Assembly: GCA_051453625.1 (NCBI GenBank)
Contig: JBOZIK010000001.1
Span: 8,134,384-8,173,485 of the forward strand
From: Welwitschia mirabilis
Lineage: Eukaryota
Direction of reading: 5' to 3'
Length of the DNA: 39,102 nucleotides
Part shown: positions 13,425 through 25,555 of the stretch, piece after piece
Layout of the letters: the number at the start of each line of letters is the position of its first letter
How positions within the stretch are numbered: the stretch's first letter is position 1
Notes under the pieces: generated by a model
Told to the model about the DNA's origin: nothing
The model's database searches: none
Seen by the model: the letters and a program-made list of their open reading frames with translations, nothing else
Position numbers and translations under genes: made by a program

Positions 13425-16400
13425 AGGGATAAGAGCTAAATGATTATGAATAGGTAAATAACCAAACATAGTTAAAGGCTTACCTTTAATTTCAAATAAT
13501 ATGATTATCTTATTTTTCTATTATTAATATTTGTAGGGCATATAAGAAGTATGAAGATGGTGTTAATAACTTTATACAATTTGTAAGTCATAATGTTAAC
13601 AATTCCCAAGGTATACTTTATCCATGTGTAAAATGCTGCAACACTTATTATCAACAACCAAATATAGGTTTAAGTACCTTTTATGTAAAAGAATGGNNNN
13701 NNNNNNNNNNNNNNNNNNNNNNNNNNNNNNNNNNNNNNNNNNNNNNNNNNNNNNNNNNNNNNNNNNNNNNNNNNNNNNNNNNNNNNNNNNNNNNNNTTAT
13801 CAACAACCAAATATAGGTTTAAGTACCTTTTATGTAAAAACATGGATCTTACCTACATGAATTGGATTATGCATAGGAAAACTTTAGAAGAATATTATGA
13901 TTAATCTAGTAGTAATAATATCTTACAAGATGACCTAGTTTCCATGGTTAGAGAACCCTTCATATACTTTAATAACAGTGAGCAATCATATGGAGAGATA
14001 AACACTAGAAATTTTTCAAACTATGATAATTTAGATGGTGATGTAGAAAATATAGAATATGATAATTAATAAGAGATGCTGAGAGTAATTATACCCTATT
14101 CACATTAAATATTTAAAGCTTTCTATCATTATAAAATTTCTTACCATTAAAGAAATGGGTGGATGATCAAATACAACATTTTCAATATTACTTAATCTCT
14201 TACATGACTCTTTTCTAGAAGATGATACAATTACAGGTTCTTATGATCAATTGTTAAAAAAAAAAAATCACTTCATTGTTTAAGTATGAACTATGATAAA
14301 ACACATGCGTGTCCTAATGACTATGTATTATATTGAAACAAGTATGGAAACAAAAAACAAATGTTCTCAGTGTGATGCATCTAGATAGATATTAACAAGT
14401 AGTTACAAGAAAATAAACTAGATAAAAAGTTACCAACCAAAGTATTGTAATATTTTCCATTAAGTTCAAGGATAAAAAGGCTTTATGCATCAACCAAAAT
14501 ATTAAAACATATGATATGATGTTTCTAAAGGTAGAGAGATCATAGAATAATGCAACATCCAATAGATTTGACCTCATAAAAGAATATTAATGAATCATAT
14601 GATGAATTTAAATTTGATCCTATACATGTAAGACATGATATTATGATAGATGGATTTAACCCTTTGGAAATACTTACCACTTCTTGTAGCTGTTATTTAA
14701 TTGTGATGATTGTTTATAACTTATCACCTTGGTTATGCATGAAAAGATCTTATTTAATGCTTNNNNNNNNNNNNNNNNNNNNNNNNNNNNNNNNNNNNNN
14801 NNNNNNNNNNNNNNNNNNNNNNNNNNNNNNNNNNNNNNNNNNNNNNNNNNNNNNNNNNNNNNATTTAAATTTGATCCTGGACATATAAGATGTGGTATTA
14901 TGATAGATGGATTTAACCCTTTGGGAATACTTACCACTTCTTGTAGCTGTTATTCAATTGTGATGATTGTTTATAACTTACCATCTTGGTTATGCATGAA
15001 AAGATCTTATTTAATGCTTTCTTTATTAATACCCATGCCTAGTAATTAAGTGAATATATTGATGTGTATCTACAACCTCTTATTGAAGAACTAAAGCCAC
15101 TATGACATGAAGGAGCAAAAGTTTTTGATATATTTAAGAAGGATTTCTTTACCATGAAAGCAGTGCTACTTTATATAATAAATGGCTTTCTAGCCTATGG
15201 AAACATTTTAGGATTAAGTACAAAGGGGAATAGCATGTCCCATATTTACTCATAAAATAAATCTATAATGGTTGCTTCATAGTAGAAAACAATACTACTA
15301 AGGGCATATAGTGTTGCTTAATAAGAATCATAGGTATAAGTGAATGAAGAGATCATTACATGAAAGAGTAGAACAAGAAAATGATTTCAAGCCATTAATA
15401 AGTGAAAAAATTATTAACATAGAGTTTACATGGAAAAAGTGCATTTATAATATCAAAAGAAGAAGACAAACGTCCCAAAAGTTGTAAGAATAAAAATCCA
15501 TTTAAAGGTAACTCAACCTATTAAATTTAAAAAGTCACAAAAGAAGTGTAAGGAAATTAACTTGTATGTTTCAAAAAGAGAGCTTAGTAGTGGATTAAAA
15601 AAGAAATAAATAGTATTTAATCTTCCATATTAGAAGGTAATAAAATTTTATGAGATGTTTTAAAAATAAATTGATTTACTTTCATNNNNNNNNNNNNNNN
15701 NNNNNNNNNNNNNNNNNNNNNNNNNNNNNNNNNNNNNNNNNNNNNNNNNNNNNNNNNNNNNNNNNNNNNNNNNNNNNNNNNNNNNCATTTTCTTTCATTT
15801 AATACATTTTTTATTTTTAAAACGTATACAAGATCATGATGTATGGTATAATTTGAATGTTATGCATATTAAAAAGAATGTATATGATATCCTATTAAGC
15901 ACTATCAGAAATATTAAAGAAAATTAAAAGAATAAGCTAAAAGCATGACTAGATCTCAAAGAACGAGGTATCAGAGATGAACTATCATCAATTATGCTAA
16001 ATGATGGTAAAAAGGAATTCCTTTTTATTACCAATTTTGTGATGTCAGTAAAGTAAAAGAATTATTTTCGTTATGATACTAGAGTTGAAACTTCTAGATG
16101 ATTATGGATGAAATATTCATAGTTATACCTTACAAAAGAACATAGACTTTCTAATCTTAAGAGTCATGACTACCATGTTCTTTTACAATAAGTTCTTTCT
16201 ATTGCTTTGTGTAATATACTTCCGTCCAACATGCAAAGAGGCTTTATTGCAAATAAATTAATATAAAAATACTAAAAGAACTAAAGTCAAGAATAAATAT
16301 CATACTTTCTGATCTTAAGAGAATATTTTCTTTATATTTCTTTGTTATCATGATACATCTACCTATTCATTTGGTATGAGAGGTTAGGATTTGTGGGCTT

Positions 16401-17760
16401 GTTTAATATTGAAGGATGTATCCTATATGAAGGTAATAAAAAAATTTTTTTTTAAAGTTTTATCATTTTAATAACTATTATATAATTATAATCTTTTAAC
16501 ATGTCTACCATTTAGATTCTTGAAAGTTTTAAAGGGCTATGTTAGAAATAGGAACATACCAGAGGGATTCATTTTAGAAGTATTTCTAGTAGAGGAGGCA
16601 TAAATTTTCTATATAAAATATATAATAAATATTAAAACCTTAGAAAATTAGTTAGAACATAATGAGGTTCTTGACAATGACTCTAGTGAATCATCTTTTC
16701 ATCTAATAGAAGATTAGTTGATGGTGCAAAGAGAATTGTATTAAATCAAATGAAAATTGAATAAGCACTTAAATATGTATTGTTTAATACCTCTTACATT
16801 GAGTCCTATATAATATTAGTGAATTAGAATTTTATTATTCTATTACTTTTGTATACATACTTAATTTTTCATGTGTACAATCAACATCTAGAAGAAATTC
16901 ATAGAGAGTATCTATGAATGAGAAAATCTCTACTACTTCAAATGCATATTTATTACTTTACCAGTTGGTTTGAATAACATGTAACAAATAATATCTTATC
17001 TATAAAGATATTACTTTTCTTATATAAGGTTATTAGTTTTCTTCACCTCCTACCTTTAAAAGATATATGTTTAAAGATATTTTTTGATGTTTTAGGTTAA
17101 CAAATTAAGGGAAGAAGGAATGCTTAATAAAAAAAATAAAAAGAAAAGNNNNNNNNNNNNNNNNNNNNNNNNNNNNNNNNNNNNNNNNNNNNNNNNNNNN
17201 NNNNNNNNNNNNNNNNNNNNNNNNNNNNNNNNNNNNNNNNNNNNNNNNNNNNNNNNNNNNNNNNNNNNNNNNNNNNNNNNNNNNNNNNNNNNNNNNNNNN
17301 NNNNNNNNNNNNNNNNNNNNNNNNNNNNNNNNNNNNNNNNNNTATGGTGTCTGAAAAGTTATAATTATATTGAAGAATAGTTACATATTCAATGTTATGA
17401 TCTCCAAATGTGCATGATTCAATGTTCTTCAATAAGATAACATCAAGAAGGATGATTATGATTTTACCTTACTTAACATAAGCAAATATCTTAGGAATGA
17501 TTATGAACACGATGAACCATTCATATTAGCTAGTTAGGCATAATTGGTTTTCTATACAAAAGACATTGCAAATCCTTCATAGAGAATTGTAGCATTATTT
17601 AAACCAAGACATATTTATGATAGGAGTGAAAATGAAGAGTGTTTTAAAGTAGAAGAAGAGCATCCATACATCATTTTGAACTCCTTATCAAGGAGAATGA
17701 TGTAGAAATTAAAGCATGAATTAGAATCATACAAGTTTAGAGGATACTATGATTGATGCT
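13425..17760 (+). mobile_element. CACTA (En/Spm) TnpD/TNP2 transposase pseudogene with introns
   Basis: DKS*MIMNR|intron|YEDGVNNFIQFV..YPCVKCCN, KTHACPNDYVLY ~14300, DGFNPLG and MIVYNLPSWLCMKRSYLMLSLLIP ~14906-15035, IDVYLQPLIEEL ~15060, LKSHDYHV ~16155, MIHLPIHLV, RMYP, LKGYVRNRNIPEG ~16530, DEPFILAS*A*LVFY ~17511. No terminal CACTA TIRs were recognised. Confidence 0.95.
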
Positions 17761-18151
17761 TTTAATTTGTGATCTCTACCTTTGCATTAGTATGCATGTA
17801 ATGAGATGATATACCTTTATGTTTACTTAATAGTATTAAACTAGTACTTATAAGAAGTACATGAAACTCTTATCTTAGAAATACTAAATTCTAGTTTGGT
17901 TTGCTATAAATAGACAGAATAGAGTATTCTTATCCCTTTCAAATCATGATATTTATAATAAATACTTTATCTTTGATAAAATATAATGAATGTCTTATAA
18001 GTATTTAATTAACCATTGTGCACAAAATGATATAGGCATGTCTCACATGTTTAAGCTTTACTTTATCATACATTTCAAAATGTCATGATTTGACTTTACT
18101 TATGTAATATTTATTAACAATGTGCTATAATTAGCATTTTTAAAATTATAA

Positions 18152-18780
18152 GGAGGAATGAAAAAGAGGAATAATGGGAGGCATGAAACCTTATAATAGT
18201 AATTGATTTCTTTCTAAGCATATAGTTTTTAATCATTTTTTACATGTGCAAGTATTAAGTTCTTTAAAGAAATATCATTTACTAATACATAGTTATTTCT
18301 CTAAGGTGTTCAAATTGCTAATAATTCTTCCTCTCAAGAATAATGAATATTCTATAACATCCTACATAAGAATAAATATTGAAAATTCATTAATTTATCA
18401 TTTATTTAATTTGTGATATTATGAATTTAATATGCCATAACTTGCAGGTGAAGCCAATAGTTCTAAATTACAAAAAAGAGAAAAATGAAAATGGCCAGAT
18501 CTAGCTAGACTTGGACCTTCGGAGAAGATAAAACTTAGTTGGAATAAAAAAGGTTAAGCAATTAATCCATATAGGAAACTATTATTATTCTATTGGAAAA
18601 AAATAGTTAGGGATAATAAAATTGAACCAAAAAATTATAAAGACTATAAAGGGTTTTAAAACCCAATAAACATATAAAAAATCATGACGACCATAAGACT
18701 TAAATGTATCATGCATAAAAAATGAAACTAGGCTAAATAAAAATTTCACTAGAAATTGAATGACTACATATAACAAAACT
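18152..18780 (+). mobile_element. Possible decayed CACTA second-gene (TnpA-like) exons
   Basis: Short AG/GT-bounded purine-rich segments directly downstream of TnpD, e.g. TTGCAG|GTGAAG ~18448 and KIKLSWNKKG*AI. The call is mainly positional inference. Confidence 0.35.
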
Positions 18781-20049
18781 TTTGATTTTATTTCTCATAC
18801 TTATCTCTCTTGACTAAAGTTTACACAAATTGATTAAACAAAAGAATTAAAACCTAGATCTGTGTAGCTTCTGAATTTGTTGTAGATGCCTGAGATGGGA
18901 CTATTTTGCAGCAGAATTTGATGTAGACAGAATGTAAGATCCTGAAGTAAATTTGTGCTTTATGGATCTTTTTGTGTATTATATAATGGTACTAAAGCTA
19001 GGAACAATCAGAACNNNNNNNNNNNNNNNNNNNNNNNNNNNNNNNNNNNNNNNNNNNNNNNNNNNNNNNNNNNNNNNNNNNNNNNNNNNNNNNNNNNNNN
19101 NNNNNNNNNNNNNNNNNNNNNNNNNNNNNNNNNNNNNNNNNNNNNNNNNNNNNNNNNNNNNNNNNNNNNNNNNNNNNNNNNNNNNNNNNNNNNNNNNNNN
19201 NNNNNNNNNNNNNNNNNNNNNNNNNNNNNNNNNNNNNNNNNNNNNNNNNNNNNNNNNNNNNNNNNNNNNNNNNNNNNNNNNNNNNNNNNNNNNNNNNNNN
19301 NNNNNNNNNNNNNNNNNNNNNNNNNNNNNNNNNNNNNNNNNNNNNNNNNNNNNNNNNNNNNNNNNNNNNNNNNNNNNNNNNNNNNNNNNNNNNNNNNNNN
19401 NNNNNNNNNNNNNNNNNNNNNNNNNNNNNNNNNNNNNNNNNNNNNNNNNNNNNNNNNNNNNNNNNNNNNNNNNNNNNNNNNNNNNNNNNNNNNNNNNNNN
19501 NNNNNNNNNNNNNNNNNNNNNNNNNNNNNNNNNNNNNNNNNNNNNNNNNNNNNNNNNNNNNNNNNNNNNNNNNNNNNNNNNNNNNNNNNNNNNNNNNNNN
19601 NNNNNNNNNNNNNNNNNNNNNNNNAAAGTAGAGCTTCTATTTTAACATCACCTCCTTGACTTTACTGAGAGAAAATGCCTCTTACATAGATTGTATGAAG
19701 CTTAATTATGGTAAGAATAAGGCTTTGGTGAGATTTTGTAGACCTATTATTGCATTCTAGATGATGTTAACTTAAAGAGATGAGATTTTGCTTATTGTCC
19801 TATTCTTCCATGATTGATTCTTATTAGTTTCTATTTTAGATCTTGACTACTTCTGCATTACTAATTTGAGAAGAATTCCTTCACCATTTTGTNNNNNNNN
19901 NNNNNNNNNNNNNNNNNNNNNNNNNNNNNNNNNNNNNNNNNNNNNNNNNNNNNNNNNNNNNNNNNNNNNNNNNNNNNNNNNNNNNNNNNNNNTTTTAGAT
20001 CTTGACTGCTTCTGCATTGCTAATTTGAGAAGAATTCCTTTATCATTTT

Positions 20050-20646
20050 GTATGATGTAAGCCCGAATTTCCCCAGACATCATTGTCATTCATTATGTTT
20101 ATGAATCCTAAAATGAAGAATGACCCCCCAGTCACTGGGAGGGTTAGAGGAGAGGAGACAAAATGGGAAGCCATTGCCATTAGGTTATAGACATTCATGA
20201 ATGAGGATGCTAGTGTAGTTGCAGTCAAAGTGGGGTAACCTGGATTGCTTGCTTTTAGACTACTACTATAGTCTATCATACTTCTCCATCATGTTCTCTA
20301 GGTCCTCATCAGTCATAACAGATATGAGGGCATCCGGATCCTCATTTGATAGCTCATACTTGATGCTCATACTAGCTAGAAATGTTCTAGAAATATTGCT
20401 GATAAGATCAAGATACATAATATTTCTTGAAATAGAAACTATTCTACTATCACTGCCTAGATAATAAAGCTGGTTGTCATGAGGTCTTGGCATGATCTTC
20501 CCTTCAAAGTTGCACATGAATCTCACTTTATTCGCACTTGGAATATTAATCCATTTAATTTAATTAACTAGAAATTCTAGATACATGCTCCTCCTAGTTA
20601 CTATAGATCTCAGGGATGAACCCACAGAATCTATGTAATCCATCAT
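20050..20646 (-). pseudogene. Plant PB1 (octicosapeptide/Phox/Bem1p) domain gene pseudogene, copy 1
   Basis: From ATG 20646: MMDYIDSVGSSLRS...(stop)...KVRFMCNFEGKIMPRPHDNQLYYLGSDSRIVSISRN...IKYELSNEDPDALISVMTDEDLENMMEKYDRL**. Matches the plant PB1 consensus KFMCSYGGKIxPRPHDNQLxYxGGxTxI...KYQLPxEDLDALISVTxDEDLExMMxEYDRL. Confidence 0.92.
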
Positions 20647-20856
20647 CACAAAACCATAAAATTTTCCCTTTCAAAAAAGGAAAAATGCTTGAACAACCCA
20701 AAATTCAAAAAACACCCATTGAAGACATACACAAAAGAAGAACCAAAATTCAAAAANNNNNNNNNNNNNNNNNNNNNNNNNNNNNNNNNNNNNNNNNNNN
20801 NNNNNNNNNNNNNNNNNNNNNNNNNNNNNNNNNNNNNNNNNNNNNNNNNNNNNNNN

Positions 20857-21321
20857 ATTAGGTTATAGGCGTTCATGAATGAGGATGCTAGTGTAGTTGT
20901 AGTCAAAGTGGGATAACCTAGATTGCTTGCTACTAGACTACTACTATAGTCTATCATACTCCTCCATCATGTTCTCTAGGTCCTCATCAGTAATAACAGA
21001 TAGGAGGGCATCCAGATCCTCATTTTATAGTTGATACTTAATTCTTATACTAGCTTCAAATGTTCTAGAAATATTACTGATAAGATCAAAATACATAATA
21101 TTTCTTGAAATAGAAAATATTCTATTGTCACTGCCTAGATAACAAAGCTAGTTATCATGAGGCCTTGGCATGATCTTTCCCTTCAAAGTTTCACATGAAT
21201 CTTACTTTGTCAACATTTGAATATTAATACATTTATTTTAATTGACTAGAAATTCTAAATACATGCTCCTCCTAGTTCCTATAAATCTCAGGTATGAACC
21301 CACAGAATCTGTGTAATCCAT
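20857..21321 (-). pseudogene. PB1-domain pseudogene, copy 2
   Basis: Diverged direct duplicate of copy 1 across a 100-N gap. It carries an extra frameshift before KVRFM and further stops (FM*, DN*). Confidence 0.88.
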
Positions 21322-23047
21322 TATCACACAACCATAAAATTTTCCCTTTCAAAAAAGGAAAAACCCTTGAATAACCCCAAATCTAAACAATACCCATTGA
21401 AGACATACACAGAAGAAGAACCCAAATTAAAAAAAAGGGGGCCTACAATAGCATAGGACAGGGTTAGATAAGAGGGTTCTCTAGATCTTTAAAAGCAATG
21501 GAGAAGGCAACACTGAAAACTTTCAGATGTATGCAATTTCAAACAGGCAAAGCTAAGGAATCATAAAAACAAACCTAAACCTACTTGACTAGATTCCAAA
21601 GCATAATGCTCTTGTGATTTGCATTGCTGCACTTTTGCTGTGCTTCCTTTCTATCTCATAAACTATTCACTATCCCTCACCTTCTTCTCTTTCAATCCCC
21701 TAGTGCCTTTACCATTACCTTTACCATTTAAATGCAGACTATCTTATGCTTCCATCTGGTCCATTCTTCTTCAATTGCCAATGATACAAAGTGAGGATTT
21801 ATAGATGAAGAAAGGATACTCTTCTCCTTTAAACTTTGTCAGTTGTAGGATGATATTTGGGACGAAAGAGGAAGGGAAGAGGAAACCAAGGTTTTAGAGG
21901 AAATCGCTATAAACCCCAGGCTTGAAAGTAGGTGTTGTTGAAGTGGCCTATGAATTTTTTATTGAGGATGATTATTGCTACCTTAGAAAATTAAGCCCAT
22001 GTTAGATTATGTTGTCTACACTACTCACTCTTGAAAATTTTACATAATTGTTATCTCAAAATGCTTAACTTCACCATTTGGGTTTTTAAAAATAATTAGA
22101 AAGATAATATGTCATGTATAANNNNNNNNNNNNNNNNNNNNNNNNNNNNNNNNNNNNNNNNNNNNNNNNNNNNNNNNNNNNNNNNNNNNNNNNNNNNNNN
22201 NNNNNNNNNNNNNNNNNNNNNGGACAAGGTAAAGGGTGAGAGGGAGAGGTAGAGAGGGAGGAAGGGAGAATTTCTTTCCTTAGTAAGAACAACCGTTTTT
22301 CTTTTTATTTTTAAAAAATTTGGAGAAGTGTAAATTACATGTTAAAAGCAAATATGTTCAAAAGTAAATTTTACAGAGGCTGGTGCATAACTGCATATTG
22401 GAGGATGATCACTAGCACAAACAATTCCATTAATAGAAGCAGATCTACATAATAGATCAATGTGATGACACTTTGTCTCTTTAAAATGCAAATAATTTCG
22501 ATGCATTTTATATAGTTGTCAATATTTTCTGTTGGCTGATGTTTACTATTGGTTTTCCCCGTTTTATGTTGGAGTTCATTTTATTATTTGTTCTTCTAGC
22601 ACCTAAGATGTTCATATCCAACTGTTCATTGTGGGATACTTTCAATCTGGTGCAACTTATTCCATGATTGCCTTGGGGTAATGTTATTTCTGTGACACTC
22701 AATTAAGAATTTAAGTGTAGAAGATTAAAGATCTCAAACTAATTAAGATTTTTGATAAGCTAACTAAGATCTTTAATATATGGTTACCTATGATGTAGTT
22801 GGGTTTCAATTTGATGTGATAGGTATTATTTATCACAAGATATGCATATCCTCAATGTGAATCAATGTATCATGAGGAGTATCATAATTTTTCTGTTAAT
22901 AAATTAGTTATGCTTAAATAATCCTTATTACTCGGAATTTAGACTTAATTGCCTGAGCTTGTGTTTACTTGAAGAGGGAAAACTGTTATATGATTTTGCT
23001 AACTAGTTTCTCCCAATATGTAACATGTTCTTGTCATTTTCATCTAG

Positions 23048-23348
23048 GATGTAATAGCTTGTGATGTCATCAATCCAGATGACATTGATGTTACATTTGA
23101 TTCTGTTGGAGGACTTGACAATGTTAAACGGTCTCTTTATGAACTAGTCATTTTGCCCATGCAAAGACCAGGGTTATTTTCCCATGGCAAACTTCTTGGG
23201 CCTCAGAAAGGAGTGTTGTTGTATGGTCCTCCTGGAACTGGGAAGACATTACTTGCAAAAGCAATAGCAAAGGAATCAGGTGCTGTTTTCATTAATGTGC
23301 GCATTGCAAGTCTCATGAGCAAATGGTTCGGTGATGCCCAAAAGCTTG
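23048..23348 (+). CDS. MSP1: Internal exon of an MSP1/ATAD1-family AAA+ ATPase (membrane protein dislocase; similar to Arabidopsis At4g27680/At5g53540)
   Basis: Pyrimidine tract + CATCTAG|GAT acceptor and CTTG|GTACGT donor. Open frame DVIACDVINPDDIDVTFDSVGGLDNVKRSLYELVILPMQRPGLFSHGKLLGPQKGVLLYGPPGTGKTLLAKAIAKESGAVFINVRIASLMSKWFGDAQKL with Walker A and the KWFG pore loop. Confidence 0.95.
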
Positions 23349-25555
23349 GTACGTAAACTAAGACTTGCCCTTTTAATGGAAGTTTTCATTAGTTCACACA
23401 AGTGCTGGTAGCAGTATTGCCATAACCTCTTGTTATCCATCTTCAGGTTTTTATGTTGATGCTAAATGCAAATTTTGATTATTCTAATTATCTAATTTTT
23501 TTTATGGCATTAGTTCTCATCTTTGTGGTAGCCACAATCACAAGACGAATTACTTATTGCATACTTTCTTTACTGTATCAGTTATTTGGATCCTAGAGAG
23601 TACATATAGATATCCCTTTCTTGCCAGTGCCCTGTGATCAAGTATGTAATTATGCTAGACTATAGTGTAGTGATTATTCATCAGAGGGCATTGCATTGAT
23701 AAATGAACTTGAATTACTTACAGGAAGACGACACTAGTGTCACAATGGCCACAATCATGATTATGCCCAACATTGTTACGGGCATGCAAACCGCAATCGG
23801 TCTTACAATAAACAAGTTGCTGTTGATTAAGGAAATTCAACTATCTAAATAATGATGTGGGCACATTCTAAAAAGGATTACCGCTTTTTTAGCCAATGGC
23901 AAATACGTTTTTGATTCACAGAGGTTTGGGGAAGTGACAAGAACACCTACAGGCTTTAGAGTATAGGCGTCTGATATAATAGAGAACAAGTAATCAACAA
24001 ACCTTGAAAATTGTGAAATTTAAATCAACATTAGTGTCATGCACTGATGATATGGAAACTGTAATCAGAAAGTACAGAAAGTACAGAAGGTTTGACATTG
24101 TGTAGCCTGTCTAGCCAATTTTTATGGGAAGCACAGCATAGAGAACCAAGTAATTCTTGAAAACACAAACTGACACAACAAGACATGCAGATTTTAAATT
24201 AATGCATAAACTCTATACCTACGATGCATAACATACGTTGCAATATGGCAAAACCCTCATCCCGTGCTACTTGCTGCCCTACCAATGGTGTCGTAGGTAT
24301 CCACAATTAAGTCATGTGTAAAATTATCTCTCTCATATAAAAATGTTATCACAGGTATGCACAATTAACTCATGCATAATATTATCCCCTCCACGCAGGT
24401 GCTGCAATTAACTTAGGAAGATGCTGCTGCCACAATTCACTCTTTATCTTCAAGCATCCAAGAACTGACTCTAGTTCCAAGGTAGTACCTTTGCATAAGT
24501 CATCTACACCTTTTTAGTCTAATTACAGTTTAAACTTCCCACAAAATGACTTTTAAAAGTCACTTTCATGACATCCAAATTCCCTTTCATGAAATATCCC
24601 TGACCTATCGTGGTGTCACATGGTAGAGATGGCAAACTCAATAATGATCTTTTTTGTGTATAGAATACTATTACACATTTCACCAATACCAAAATGAATT
24701 CAAATGACTATTAGATGCCATTAAAGATGAATAATATAGAAAACCAGCGTAATATGTATCCTTTCTATGGAATCATAAAATCAATCAGTGAACATCCTAT
24801 CATATTCAAAACAAGACACTTAAAACATTGATATTCATTTCAAATATGCAAAAAGCTAATTACATAAGCAATAAGCCAATGGAGTGTCTAAAATGTGAAA
24901 TGAAGTGTTAAAATCCAATTTACAATTGTTAAAACATTGCTCGGTAGACTATAATATGACATTTTGATGAGTTCTTAAATGCCAAAATGTTTCTTCCTAT
25001 TATCTCTTTCCTGCTTACTTTGACTCAGAAAGTTGTGTGACCCTACCATGTATTATGCATATATAACCAAGTTGACATCCTAAGCAGGTCAGTTTACTAT
25101 GTTGATTTGTTCCTAAAGTTAATTTTGTAATGCTCCTATAATAAAATTCATTGTATACGTGNNNNNNNNNNTGTTTTATTTTTTAAACGGCTTTTTTTGG
25201 CAAAGTGGAGTATCCTTTATAAACAAGTATGAAATGATACCTTAGCAAAAAGTGGGGAGCAAGCCCCCTTTGCAAGTCCAACAGGAGGAAAAACAACGAG
25301 GTCCAATGATACAAAAGGAAAACAAGAAAATGCTGGCTTCATGCAGATACAGACAAAATAAACGACAATAAAACTAGAGACATACCTAATGAAGCACGTA
25401 AAATTGTTTCCCATTGTAGAAAGTGTATAGTCACTATGATTTTTTGCAACCAACTTCCTTTCATACTCATGCTAGAGCATCATTTCTAGATTTTTCATTA
25501 TCACAATATTTTTGTCCCTTTGGTATTTTTGTCAGGGTGAATGTGAAGAGGACGT

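Noticed and set aside
21619-21900. Possible additional captured exon after TGCAG
   Set aside because: No recognisable protein motif in the frames examined.
23153-23356. Stand-alone 67-aa ATPase ORF
   Set aside because: It is part of a spliced exon. The frame is open from the acceptor at 23048 and the donor precedes the stop.
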